Positions 1 through 10,845 of a DNA stretch of 64,000 bases are shown piece by piece. Made by a program: the position numbers and the translations under genes. The stretch's first letter is position 1; each line of letters opens with the position of its first letter. Source of the DNA: Squalus acanthias (Eukaryota); contig CM059438.1 in assembly GCA_030390025.1 (NCBI GenBank), positions 59,460,001 through 59,524,000 of the forward strand. Direction: 5' to 3'. The notes under the pieces were generated by a model, which saw nothing but the letters and a program-made list of their open reading frames with translations, was not told where the DNA came from and did not search any database.

Positions 1-1747
1 CGCCTTGTCTGTGTGCTGACACTGAATTCCCTTCAGATCTGCCGAGTCTGTGGCCGGGATTTTGCTCACCTCGGCGGGTCCTGACCCCGCTGCTGGCTCC
101 ATCCCACTCTGTGAAATGAACTCCCATTAATAGGGCTTGTTAAGCCCACCCAGCACGTCTCCCAGCCAATTAGAGGAAGCGGATCTGGTGACGTCATTTG
201 ATGACTTGTCATCAGTCAGTTTCCTTAAAGGGACCATGTCCAAATTTATTTTGACATTTGTGCTGTCAGTGTTCTGCAGCATTGAGGTGCTGCAAACACT
301 GACAAGCACTGCACAGAGGAGCACGGCTGCACCCAGGCTCTCCCATGACTCCCTCCATATGCTTATGGAGGGAGTCACAGCACACAGGGAGGTCCTCTTC
401 CCTTCCCCTGGGCGGAAGAGACCTCCCCAGGAGATCAACGCAGCCTGGTTGCACATTGCACTGGAGGTCACAAGCAGCTATGTGGTCAGGAGGACCTGGG
501 TGCAATGCTGCAAATGTTTCAATTATCTCAGTAGATCACGAAACGTTAATACAAAGCCACACTCAACCTCATCCTGTTGTGCCTCTCATCACGTCCCCAT
601 CACTCTGCCTTCCCTCCCCTACTCCTGCACATCCTTATTTAAACCAACTTACCTTGCACCTCCACCCATCCCTCTCTCTGTATCTACATTATCACTTCCC
701 CATCTCACTAGCCACCCCTCACACTCACCCTCATCCTACTGCAATCATGCCAGCTAGCAACACACAAGAGTAGCCACTTGGGTGTTTTATCCAATGTTCA
801 TGTAAAGTTTCTGTTAATGTGGTGTCAAACATTGAAACCTTTATTTTCAACACTGCGTTCTTGGACAGATTTGTGTGCACCTTTGGAAGTGGCTTAGTGA
901 GTTGCAGTGAATGGTGAGACATAACGGTACCCCTGCAATGGTAGTGAGTGTGAAAGGAATGGCTTGGACTTTGTAGGGATGCTTTATGATGTTGCTCAGG
1001 GGTGGTGCCAACCTGGCGCATCAGGTGGCAGCCAGGGTGTACAGCGGCAAGTGAATTAAATCTGGCAATGATGTGGCCATTCCTGGCATCCCGGGCAGCA
1101 ATGTGGTCGGGTGCTGGTGCCCTCTGTCCTGTGCAGCATCAGGTGATTGCGGAGAAGGTTGGTGTTGTGGTTGGTGCTGCTTGTGCACCTGGTGTTGGGG
1201 CTGATCGTGGTCGGATTCTGAAGACCAAGGTGAGAGTATAAAGAGCACCCATGTTGATGGAATAGATGGCAGGTGAAGTAGCGATGACAGAAGCATTCTG
1301 TCAATGGTGAGAGTGTTCTTCCAATGAAGTGACACTGGATGGAGAATGGAAAGTGGAAAGCCTGCAGAATCTGTGCTGGAAATGGACTGAGATACAGCTT
1401 GTGGCTGAGGAAAGTGATGACCTGTCAGGTGGGAGCGTTTACTGTACATTTGAAGCTATCAAGTAATCAGCTGGAGCAATGGTCACTGAACTCATGCCTC
1501 AGGTTGACAGCCGTGGTTCCTGAACAGCACGGTTCCTGTGGCCATGAAGTTAAAGTGATAAGATAAGTTAAAAAAGCCTGTTAATGATCTGTCAACCATA
1601 TGTTAATGAGATTAATTGGGTCCCCCGCCGCTGCCTGTTGGGTCTGCTCAGCGTTGACAGACCCGACATCGGGAAAGATGCATGGTGGCGGGTTGACAGC
1701 GGGGTTCCAACCCACTGTCAAAAAAAACACTTTCCCATCCCGACCCG
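1..1747. mobile_element. Non-autonomous PIF/Harbinger-derived element, copy 1 (left end outside window)
   Basis: 1-1399 aligns to 2188-3592 (offset 2187 at the start); contains a Myb/SANT-like coding remnant; GC-rich subterminal-like sequence to ~1747. Confidence 0.6.
302..545 (+). pseudogene. Myb/SANT-like DNA-binding domain remnant (Harbinger accessory protein type)
   Basis: AAPRLSHDSLHMLMEGVTAHREVLFPSPGRKRPPQEINAAWLHIALEVTS...RRTWVQCCKCFNYL fits the MSANTD/NAIF1-like pattern (F/L-S..L..L...V, W..IA..V, RT..QC.K.F..L). Confidence 0.65.
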
Positions 1748-1826
1748 GGCTGGTGGGTTTATGGGCCGGTAGGAGAATGGGTACCACTGGTTGTTAAAAA
1801 CCACTAGTTATTGGCTGCTACTGGGT

Positions 1827-2135
1827 GTGCAGTACTGAGGGAGTGCTGCACTGTCGGAGGTGCTGCCTTTCGAATGAAACGTTAAACCAAGGCCCCGTCT
1901 GCTCTCTCAGGTGGACGTAAAAGATCCCACGGCACTATTTCAAAGAAGAGCCAGGGGTGTTATCCCTGGTGTCCTGGGGCCAATATTTATCCCTCAAAAA
2001 ACATCACCAAAACAGATTATCTGGTCATTGTCACGGTGCTGTTTGTGGGATCTTGCTGTGTATAAAACGGCTGCTGCAGTTCCTACATTACAACAGTGAC
2101 TACGCTCCAATAGCAGTGCATTGGCTGTAAAAGCT
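1827..2135 (+). mobile_element. Deu-domain SINE (SacSINE1/AmnSINE2-like), partial
   Basis: GTGCAGTACTGAGGGAGTGCTGCACTGTCGGAGG...GTGGACGTAAAAGATCCC core; matches copies at 8640-9093 and 33040-36004. Confidence 0.8.
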
Positions 2136-3640
2136 CCTGTGTGTGCAGCCACACACACCTCCTCCTGAGTGTGCAGGCGATCGCGGCCGCCTTGTCTGTG
2201 TGCTGACACTGAATTCCCTTCAGATCTGCCGAGTCTGTGGCCAGGATTTTGCTCACCTCGGCGGGTCCCGACCCCGCTGCTGGCTCCATCCCACTCTGTG
2301 AAATGAATTCCCATTAATAGGGCTTGTTAAACCCACCCAGCACGTTTCCCAGCCAATTAGAGGAAGCGGATCTGGTGAAGTCATTTGATGACTTGTCATC
2401 AGTCAGTTTCCTTAAAGGGACCATGTCCAAATTTACTTTGACAGTTGTGCTGTCAGTGTTCTACAGCATTGAGGTGCTGCAAACACTGACAAGCACTGCA
2501 CAGAGGTGCACGGCTGTACCCAGGCTCTCCCATGACTCCCTCCATATGCTTATGGAGGGAGTCACAGCACGCAGGGAGGTCCTCTTCCCTTCCCCTGGGC
2601 GGAAGAGACCTCCCCAGGAGATCAATGCAGCCTGGTTGCACATTGCACAGGAGGTCACAAGCAGGGATGTGGTCAGGAGGACCAGGGTGCAGTGCTGCAA
2701 ATGTTTCAATGATCTCAGTAGATCACGAAACGTTAGTACAAAGCCACACTCAACCTCATCCTGCTGTGCCTCTCAACACGTCCCCATCACTCTGCCTTCC
2801 CTACCCTACTCCTGCACATCCTTATTCAAACCAACTTATCTTGCACCTCCACCCATCCCTCTCTCTCTATCTACATTATCACATCCCCATCTCACTAGCC
2901 ACCCCTCACACTCACCCTCATCCTACTGCAATCATACCAACTAACAACATACAAGGGTAGGCACTTGGGTGTTTTATCCAATGTTCATGTAAAGTTTCTG
3001 TTAATGTGGTGTCAAACATTGAAACCTTTATTTTCAACACTGCGTTCTTGGACAGATTTGTGTGCACCTTTGGAAATGGCTTAGTGAGTTGCAGTGAATG
3101 GTGAGACATAATGGTACCCCCGCAATGGTAGTGAGTGTGAAAGGAATGGCTTGGGCATTGCAGGGATGCTTTATGGTGTTGGTGTGGGGTGGTGCCAACC
3201 TGGCGCATCATGTGGCAGCCAGGGTGTACAGCGTCAAATGAAGTAAATCTGGCCATGGTGAGGCCATTCCTGGCCTCCCGGGCAGCAATGTGGTCGGGTG
3301 CTGATGCCCTCTGTCCTGTGCAGCATCAGGTGATTGCGGGGAAGGTTGGTGGTGTTGTTGGTGGTGCTGCTGGTGTGCCTGGTGCTGCTGGTGCTGGGGC
3401 TGATCGTAGTGGGATTCTGAGGACCAAGGTGAGAGAGTATAAAGAGCACCCATGTTGATGGAATAGTGAAGTAGAGATGACGGAAGCATTCCATCAATGG
3501 TGAGAGAGTTCTTCCAATGAGGTGACACTGGATGGAGAATGGAAAGTGGAAAGCCTACAGAATCTGTGCTGGAAATGGACTGAGATACAGCTCGCCACCA
3601 ATCCCGCCCGCTGACCCCCCCACCCCGGAAAATTCCAGCC
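2136..3640. mobile_element. Non-autonomous PIF/Harbinger-derived element, copy 2
   Basis: Diverged copy of 1-1399; ends in GAAAATTCCAGCC, resembling the GG...AATT termini of other MITEs in the window. Confidence 0.6.
2489..2732 (+). pseudogene. Myb/SANT-like DNA-binding domain remnant, copy 2
   Basis: AVPRLSHDSLHMLMEGVTARREVLFPS...AWLHIAQEVTSRDVVRRTRVQCCKCFNDL. Confidence 0.65.
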
Positions 3641-3949
3641 GGAGACTAAGGGCTCCTTTTGCCCCCGGAGCATTAACCCAGCTTGCTCTCTCAGACCCTG
3701 ACTGAACCTTTGGGGATTTCCAGCAGCTTGTGTATTTACGTTATATTATAGGTGTGTGTTGACCCAGTATGTCCAGGAGGAACTCTCTGTGCTGTAACTG
3801 GGCATGACATAAAGCGAAGTGTCATCAACTCATCTCTGCACAGGTGCAGCCCCACCCTCCGTTCCCACCTCGTCACACTCTCTGTTTTCATAGTGACACA
3901 CAGTATCTCCCTCTGCATCACTGCACAGCTGCATATTCACACAGCGTTA

Positions 3950-4106
3950 CCTCACCTGTTCAGAGGAGGAGGAATTTCTTCACTCAGACGGTTGTGAATC
4001 TTTGGAATTCTCTGCCCAGAGGGTTGTAGATGCTCAGTCGTTGAGTATATTCATGGCTGAGATCAATAGATTTTTGGACATTAAGGGAATCAAGGGATAT
4101 GGGGAC
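3950..4106 (+). mobile_element. CR1 LINE 3' fragment
   Basis: RRNFFTQTVVNLWNSLP...FLDIKGIKGYG motif shared with the other CR1 ORF2 C-termini in the window. Confidence 0.85.
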
Positions 4107-4469
4107 CTTAACTTTGGTGATTGGCAGCCCGTTTCCATCCCTCCTGATTTTTTATTTCCTCTGTGCTCTGCTCAAATGGTAGAAAACTTCTCTTCTTTGA
4201 TTGTTTTCTTTATTTTAATATTTTTGAATCAATATGGTGATGGATGGCCATATTAGTTATATAGATTCTCTAATTCTAAATTCACAAATGCTCGATGGCT
4301 GACCATCTGCACCTGCGATTATAATCCAGTTTCTGAGTCTTCAAGTTGCAAATGAGCTGCTCGATTGAAATAATCGTGTGAAATGTTGGGAATCAAAGCA
4401 ATAAACCAGCTCCTAACAAGCTCCTTGTATTTTTCTTTTCTGTAAAGTGCCTCCTGAATTTAAAAAAAA

Positions 4470-4543
4470 GCATTCCCATGTTGTGGACGTCGCTGGCAAG
4501 GCCGGCAGTTACTGCCCAGTGCTTGTTCCCCTTGAGAAGGTGG
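4470..4543 (-). mobile_element. Short 3' tail fragment of the LINE family at 36269-39019
   Basis: GTCGCTGGCAAGGCC...CCCTTGAGAAGGTGG matches 36298-36352. Confidence 0.6.
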
Positions 4544-6610
4544 GAGGGGGCTCTCAGTGTTGGTGGGGAGGGGGCTCAGTGCCGGTGGGGAGGGGGCTCT
4601 CAGTGTTGGTGGGGAGGGGGCTCTCAGTGTTGGTGGGAGGGGGCTCTCAGTGTTGGTGGGGAGGGGGCTCTCAGTGTTGGTGGGGAGGGGGCTCTCAGTG
4701 TTGGTGGGGAGAGGGCTCTCAGTGTTGGTGGGGAGGGGGCTCTCAGTGTTGGTGGGGAGGGGGCCCTCAGTGTTGGTGGGGAGGGGGCTCAGTGCCGGTG
4801 GGGAGGGGGCTCTCAGTGTTGGTGGGGAGGGGGCTCTCAGTGTTGGTGGGGAGGGGGCTCAGTGCCGGTGGGGAGGGGGCTCTCAGTGTTGGTGGGGAGG
4901 GGGCTCTCAGTGTTGGTGGGGAGGGGGCTCTCAGTGTTGGTGGGGAGGGGGCTCTCAGTGCCGGTGGGGAGGGGGCTCTCAGTGTTGGTGGGGAGGGGGC
5001 TCTCAGTGTTGGTGGGGAGGGGGCTCTCAGTGTTGGTGGGGAGGGGGCTCTCAGTGTTGGTGGGGAGGGGGCTCTCAGTGTTGGTGGGGAGGGGGCTCTC
5101 AGTGTTGGTGGGGTGGGGGCTCTCAGTGTTGGTGGGGAGGGGGCTCTCAGTGTTGGTGGGGAGGGGGCTCTTAGTGCCGGTGGGGAGGGGGCTCTCAGTG
5201 TTGGTGGGGCGGGGGCTCTCAGTGTTGGTGGGGAGGGGGCTCAGTGTTGGTGGGGAGGGGGCACAGTGTTGGTGGGGAGGGGGCTCAGTGTTGGTGGGGA
5301 GGGGGCTCTTAGTGTTGGTGGGGGTGGCTCACAGTGTTGCTGGGGAGGGGGCTCTCAGTGTTGGTGAGGAGGGGGCTCTCAGTGTTGGTGGGGAGGGGGC
5401 TCTCAGTGTTGGTGGGGAGGGGGCTCTCAGTTTTGGTGGGGAGGGGGCTCTCAGTGTTGGTGGGAAGGGGGCTCTCAGTGCCGGTAGGGTGGGGGCTCTC
5501 AGTGTTGGTGGGGAGGGGGCTCTCAGTGTTGGTGGGGAGGGGCTCAGTGTTGGTGGGGAGGGGCTCAGTGTTGGTGAGGAGGGGGCTCTCAGTGTTGGTG
5601 AGGAGGGGGCTCTCAGTGTTGTTGGTGGGGAGGGGGCACAGTGTTGGTGGGGAGGGGGCTGAGTGTTGGTGGGTAGGGGGCCCTCAGTGTTGGTGGGGAG
5701 GGGGCTCTCAGTGTTGGTGGGGAGGGGGCTCTCAGTGTTGGTGGGGAGGGGGCTCTCAGTGTGTTGGTGGGGAGGGGGCTCTCAGTGTTGGTGGGGAGAG
5801 GGCTCTCAGTGTTGGTGGGGAGGGGGCTCTCAGTGCTGGTGGGGAGGGGGCTCTCAGTGTTGGTGGGGAGGGGGCTCTCAGTGTTGTTGAGGAGGGGACT
5901 CTCAGTGTTGGTGGGGAGGGGGCTCAGTGCCGGTGGGGAGGGGGCTCTCAGTGTTGGTGGGGAGGGGGCTCTCAGTGTTGGTGGGGAGGGGGATCAGTGT
6001 TGCTGGGGAGGGTGCTCTCAGTGTTGGTGGGGAGGGGGCTCTCAGTGTTGGTGGGGAGGGGGCTCAGTGTTGGTGGGGAGGGGGCTCTCAGTGTTGGTGG
6101 GGAGGGGGCTCAGTGTTGTTGGGGAGGGGGCTCTCAGTGTTGGTGGGGAGGGGGCTCAGTGTTGCTGGGGAGGGGGCTCAGTGTTGGTGGGGAGGGTGCT
6201 CTCAGTGTTGGTGGGGAGGGGGCTCTCAGTGCTGGTGGGGAGGGGGCTCTCAGTGTTGTTGGTGGGGAGGGGGCTCAGTGTTGGTGGGGAGGGGGCTCTC
6301 AGTGTTGGTGGGGAGGGGGCTCTCAGTGTTGGTGGGGAGGGGGCTCTCAGTGTTGGTGGGGAGGGGTCTCTCAGTGTTGTTGGTGGGGAGGGGGATCTCA
6401 GTGCCGGTGCGGAGGGGGCTCTCAGTGTTGGTGGGGAGGGGGCTCAGTGTTGGTGGGGAGGGGGCTCAGTGTTGGTGGGGAGGGGGCTCTCAGTGTTGGT
6501 GGGGAGGGGGCTCTCAGTGTTGGTGGGGAGGGGGCTCTCAGTGTTGGTGGGGAGGGGGCTCTCAGTGCTGGTGGGGAGGGGGCTCTCAGTGTTGGTGGGG
6601 AGGGGGCTCA
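4540..6610. repeat. G-rich minisatellite, 24-bp unit GGTGGGGAGGGGGCTCTCAGTGTT (22-bp and 27-bp variants)
   Basis: Direct tandem repetition over ~2.07 kb; produces the SVGGEGAL / GGGSQCWW pseudo-ORFs. Confidence 0.97.
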
Positions 6611-6685
6611 CATTACTGGCAGTCTGTGCTGAGACCTTGTGGTCATTGGAGGTGGGATCGGTGCCAGTGGGAGAGACCAACTGTA

Positions 6686-7128
6686 CATAGAATCACACAA
6701 AATCAGGCCATTTGGCCAAACTGCTCTTTGCCGGTGTTTATGCTCCACACGAGCCTCCTCTCACTCTAATTCATCTCACCGCATCCTTCTATTCCTTTCT
6801 CCCTCATGTACTTATCTAGCTTCCCCTTAGATGCATCTATGCTATTCGCCTCAACCACTCCCTGTGGTAACGAGTTCCACATTCTAACCACTCTCTGGGT
6901 AAAGAAGTTCCTCCTGAATATCCTCCCTAATTTCGGATTTATTAGTGACGATCTTATATTTATAACCCCTAGTTTTGGGCTCCTCACAAGTGGAAACATG
7001 TTCCCGACGTCTACCCTATCAAACCCTTTCATAGTCTTGAAGACCTCTATCAGGTCACCCCTCAGCCTTCTCTTTTCTAGAGAAAAGAGCCTCAGCCCGT
7101 TCAGCCTTTCCTGATAGCTGTCGCCTCT
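6686..7128 (-). mobile_element. CR1 LINE 3' fragment
   Basis: YQERLNGLRLFSLEKRRLRGDLIEVFK...RNFFTQRVVRMWNSLP on the minus strand, with GATTCTAT-type tail. Confidence 0.9.
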
Positions 7129-7244
7129 CAAACAGTAAACATTGATACAGCTGTCCAGGGGGCGACCTTTAATCGGGACAGGGACACTACAAGCTTGATG
7201 CCGGGGCAAAGGATGTTCAGCTTGATGCTGATGCTGTATTTGTT

Positions 7245-7792
7245 GGGGTGGGATTCTGTACGCATTGGGCCCGTGTTTGGGGTGTAAATCAGGTGCAACA
7301 CTGACCAATCTCGAGCAGGGACGGCCCAGGCAGGCGTTCGGCCCAGTGCTAAATTAGTTGGTCCTGTTTGTTAGGTGTCCTGGGCAGCTGCCTAAAGCAG
7401 GCCTTAGGCCCCCTTGCCGATGTTAATTAGGGGCCTAACGCCTGTAGAAGGACCCCTGGGCTGCCCTGAGAGCTGCGCCTCTTCCGTCAGGTTCCCCGGC
7501 CGTCAGTGCGGCCTAGCCAGCAATTGTGCCCCACCATCTCTTGCTGTGTTCCCCCCCTCCCCCCGGCGCGTACCTGAGGGCCGTTCCTGGCGAGGCAGGC
7601 AGCCTGAAATTAGGTTCGTCCCTTGGGTGAGTTGCCTGTGGAGACATGACAAGGCGGCTGGCTCACTCCGAGTATCTGGGCAAAGCCCGAGGGCCAATGT
7701 CCTGTGATCCTCGGGCCTAAGTCTTCGGGCTCGGGCCTGCTCCGCAGCACCTGATCTGGGCCTGGAAAGGGGCTGAGGTGAAAATCAACCCC
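7245..7792. mobile_element. Degenerate GC-rich MITE (Harbinger-like?)
   Basis: Imperfect termini GGGGTGGGATTCTG ... GTGAAAATCAACCCC; no clean TSD. Confidence 0.3.
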
Positions 7793-8334
7793 GTGGACTG
7801 CGACTCCGGTACTGACGCCCAAACTGCCTCTGATGCCAAGCAGAGTGACACTTCCCCCGCCCAGGGAGCCTCACTCCACTTGACCCCGGATTCAGCCCGT
7901 ATCTATGCCAGGGCGAGGGGAGAGGAAGGGAGGGGTGATGCATTGGGAAATCATGCGCAACGTGGGCACGATGTACTGATAGCTGATAGCAGCGGGCGAG
8001 AGACTTCACTGCCAACCTGCCTGAGATCGGTGCCATCCAATGCCTTTTATGTTGACACCACACTCGGAGTGTGAAGGTACCCTCAGAGAGAATGAGACCT
8101 GTGGGAGCTGATCAACAGATCAGGGAAAGGCAGCTCGATTGGGCCATTAACTTTCTTGGTTCTTGTCCATCAGAGCGACAGCAGGAGCAGGATAATCTGA
8201 TCAATGAGGCCATGGTTACAGGACATTGCACAACCTAAACAGAGGTGGAACTGGAGTCATTCCAGATCTGATGGGAGATCAAGGCTCCAGTCCAACCACC
8301 TCACAATCTATTTTTTGCGATATTTACATTTTTT

Positions 8335-8582
8335 AAGTATTTGTCCTCGCCCATCCCTAATTTCACCAAGGTCATTCCGACTCTGCCAGGCAGTGCGGAG
8401 CTGGTGTCACAGGTAGGCCCAGACCGGCTAGGAGTGGCAGCTTCCCATCCCTGAAGGTCGTTAATGAACCAGTTGGGTTTTTACAGCAATCCAACAGCTT
8501 TATTGGCCTATCTTTTGTCTGATTCCAGCCCACGAGTTATTAAATTCTATTTCAGGACTCGCCGTGGTGAGATTTGAGTTCA
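8335..8582 (-). mobile_element. Degenerate tRNA-derived SINE whose tail resembles the 3' end of the 36269 LINE family
   Basis: Minus strand has B-box-like GAACTCAAATCTCACCACGGC and central AAAAACCCAACTGGTTCATTAA; plus-strand GCCCATCCCTAATT resembles the LINE tail at ~36323. Confidence 0.45.
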
Positions 8583-8639
8583 ATTGGGCTGTCACACACA
8601 CACACACACGCGAGGGGAGTTTACCCAGAAGCTGTGTAA

Positions 8640-9093
8640 AGTGTCAGCCGTGGTTCACTGGTAGTACAGTCGCCTCGGAGTCAGAAGGTCACGGGTTCAA
8701 GTTCTACTCCACAGACTTGAGCCCATGGTCAATGCTGGCACGCCAGTGCAGTGCTGAGGGAGTGCTGCACTGTCGGAGGTGCCATCTTACCCACGAGAGG
8801 TTAAACCGAGGCCCCGTCTGCTCTCTCAGGTGGATGTAAAAGATCCCCTGGCTCTATTTGAAAGAAGAGCAGGGGAGTTCTCCCCGGTGACCTCGGCCAA
8901 AATTTATCCCTCAACCAACATGACTAAAAAAACAGATTATCTGGTCATTATCACACTGTGGGATCTTGCTGTGCGCACATTAGCTGCTGCGTTTCCAACT
9001 TTACAACAGCGACTGCTCTTCAAAAGTACTTCGTTGTAAAGCGCTTTGGGACGTCCTGAGGTTTTTGCAGAAGTGCAAGCCTGTCTTTCTTTT
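8640..9093 (+). mobile_element. Near full-length Deu-domain SINE with tRNA-derived head
   Basis: Head GTCAGCCGTGGTTCACTGGTAG...GGGTTCAAGT (A/B-box-like), Deu core, tail ...GCGCTTTGGGACGTCC...CTTTCTTT. Confidence 0.85.
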
Positions 9094-9477
9094 TAATGGG
9101 ACTCCATCGAAACCAAGACCCCAGCTAATGAGGGGAAAGAAAGAGTCAGCAAATATAAACTGTCTAACCGTTTATACTTGAAGCAACAGAAAATTTAAAA
9201 CGGCAAGTTTGAAATGTAAAGCTGACTGCGAGGCTGACCTACCCTGGGGGGGGAGAGATCGAGACTCGAACCGGAGGTTGGAGTGAGTTGTGGCCACAAG
9301 TCTGCTCCACAGCATCGCCCAGTGGCCAGAGCTTGCAGCTGCATGCAGATTCAAAGCCGTTCTGTTAAAGTGTTCCAGCATCAGGGATTGTCATCGAATC
9401 ATACAGCGTTAGACTTTCCTTTAATGTATAGTGCTTCTGACACTCAGATAGAATTAGTTGCATTTCCTTTGCTCACA

Positions 9478-9790
9478 TTCATAGAATCTTACAGCACAGA
9501 AGGAGGCCATTAGGCCAATCGTGTCTGTGCCGGATCCTTGGTAGAGCTCTCCAATTAGTCCAACTCCCCTGCTCTTTCCCCGTAGCCCTGCAAATTTCTC
9601 ATTTCATGTATTTATCCAATTCCCTTTTGAAAGTTATTATTGAATCTGCTCCCACCACCCTTTCAGGCAGCGCATTCCAGATCACAACAGCTCGCTGCGT
9701 TAAAAAAAAGTTCCCCCATCCCTGGTCCTTTTGCCAATTGTCTTAAATCTGTGTCCTCGGGTTACCAACCCTCCTGCCACTGGAAACCGT
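9478..9790 (-). mobile_element. CR1 LINE 3' fragment
   Basis: CATAGAATC tail and antisense ORF2 C-terminal sequence. Confidence 0.75.
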
Positions 9791-9804
9791 TATCCACTTT
9801 GGAC

Positions 9805-10247
9805 CGAACCAAGATAGATTTTCTAAATGGTGTGAAGTTAGGAACTATGGAGGAGCAGAGAGATTTAGGGGTCCAGGTACAGAAATCACTAAAAGCTGGT
9901 GGACAGGTACAAAAAATGATTAAAAAGTTAATGGAATGTTGGCCTTTATCTCAAGAGGGCTGGAATACAAAGGGGTGGAAGTTATGTTCCCGTTCCATAA
10001 ATCTCTGGTCAGACCCTATCTGGACACTGCATTCAGTTCAGGGCACGGCCCCTCAGGAAGGATATATTGGCCTTGGAGGGGGAGCAGTGCAGACTCACCA
10101 GAAAAATACCGGGGCTAAAAGGGTTAAATTATGCGGACAACTTTCATAGACTAGGCTTGTATTCCCTGGAGTTTGGAAGATTAAGGGGTGATCCAATTGA
10201 GGTGTTTAAGATGATTGAAGGATTTGATAGGTTCGATAGAGAGAAAC
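9805..10247 (+). mobile_element. CR1 3' fragment, left half (host of the 10248-14707 insertion)
   Basis: QRDLGVQV, LGLYSLEFGRLRGD motifs; ...GATAGAGAGAAAC resumes as AAACTATTTCCTC at 14708. Confidence 0.8.
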
Positions 10248-10249
10248 CT

Positions 10250-10801
10250 ATGGGTGGCTCTGCTGCACAGGCTGGGAGGAAAAAGAGTGGAAGAGCTATA
10301 GTGATAGGGGACTCAATTGTAAGGGGAATAGATAGGCGTTTCTGCGGCCGCAACCGAGACTCCAGGATGGTGTGTTGCCTCCCTGGTGCAAGGGTCAAGG
10401 ACGTCTCGGAGCGGCTACAGAACATTTTGGAGGGGGAGGGCGAACAGCCAGCTGTCGTGGTGCACATAGGCACCAACGATATAGGTAAAAAAGGGGATGA
10501 GGTCCTAAAAGCAGAATATAGGGAGTTAGGAGGTAAATTAAAAAATAGGACCTCAAAGGTAGTAATCTCAGGATTGCTACCAGTGCCACGTGCTAGTCAG
10601 AGTAGAAATAGGAGGATATTTCAAATGAATACGTGGCAAGAGGAATGGTGCAAGGGGGAGGGATTCAAATTCCTGGGACATTGGAACCGGTTCTGGGGGA
10701 GGTGGGACCAGTACAAACCGGACGGTCTGCACCTGGGCAGGGCCGGGACCGCTGTCCTAGGGGGAGTGTTTGCTAGTGCTGTTGGGGAGGGTTTAAACTA
10801 A
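10250..10801 (+). CDS. CR1 ORF1 C-terminal SGNH/GDSL esterase domain (5' truncated)
   Basis: IVIGDSIVRG, CLPGARVKDV, VVHIGTNDI, DGLHL blocks. Confidence 0.88.
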   Translation: MGGSAAQAGRKKSGRAIVIGDSIVRGIDRRFCGRNRDSRMVCCLPGARVKDVSERLQNILEGEGEQPAVVVHIGTNDIGKKGDEVLKAEYRELGGKLKNRTSKVVISGLLPVPRASQSRNRRIFQMNTWQEEWCKGEGFKFLGHWNRFWGRWDQYKPDGLHLGRAGTAVLGGVFASAVGEGLN

Positions 10802-10845
10802 AGTCGCAGGGGGTTGCGCACCTGAGCAGGGAGACAGAGGAAAGC

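Noticed and set aside
4447..6769. Long Gly/Trp/Cys-rich ORFs in three frames
   Set aside because: Product of a stop-free 24-bp minisatellite
8640..8715. tRNA gene
   Set aside because: Degenerate tRNA-derived SINE head that does not form a convincing cloverleaf
10067..10801. 244-aa ORF as a host esterase gene
   Set aside because: Chance in-frame fusion of two CR1 pieces at an insertion junction
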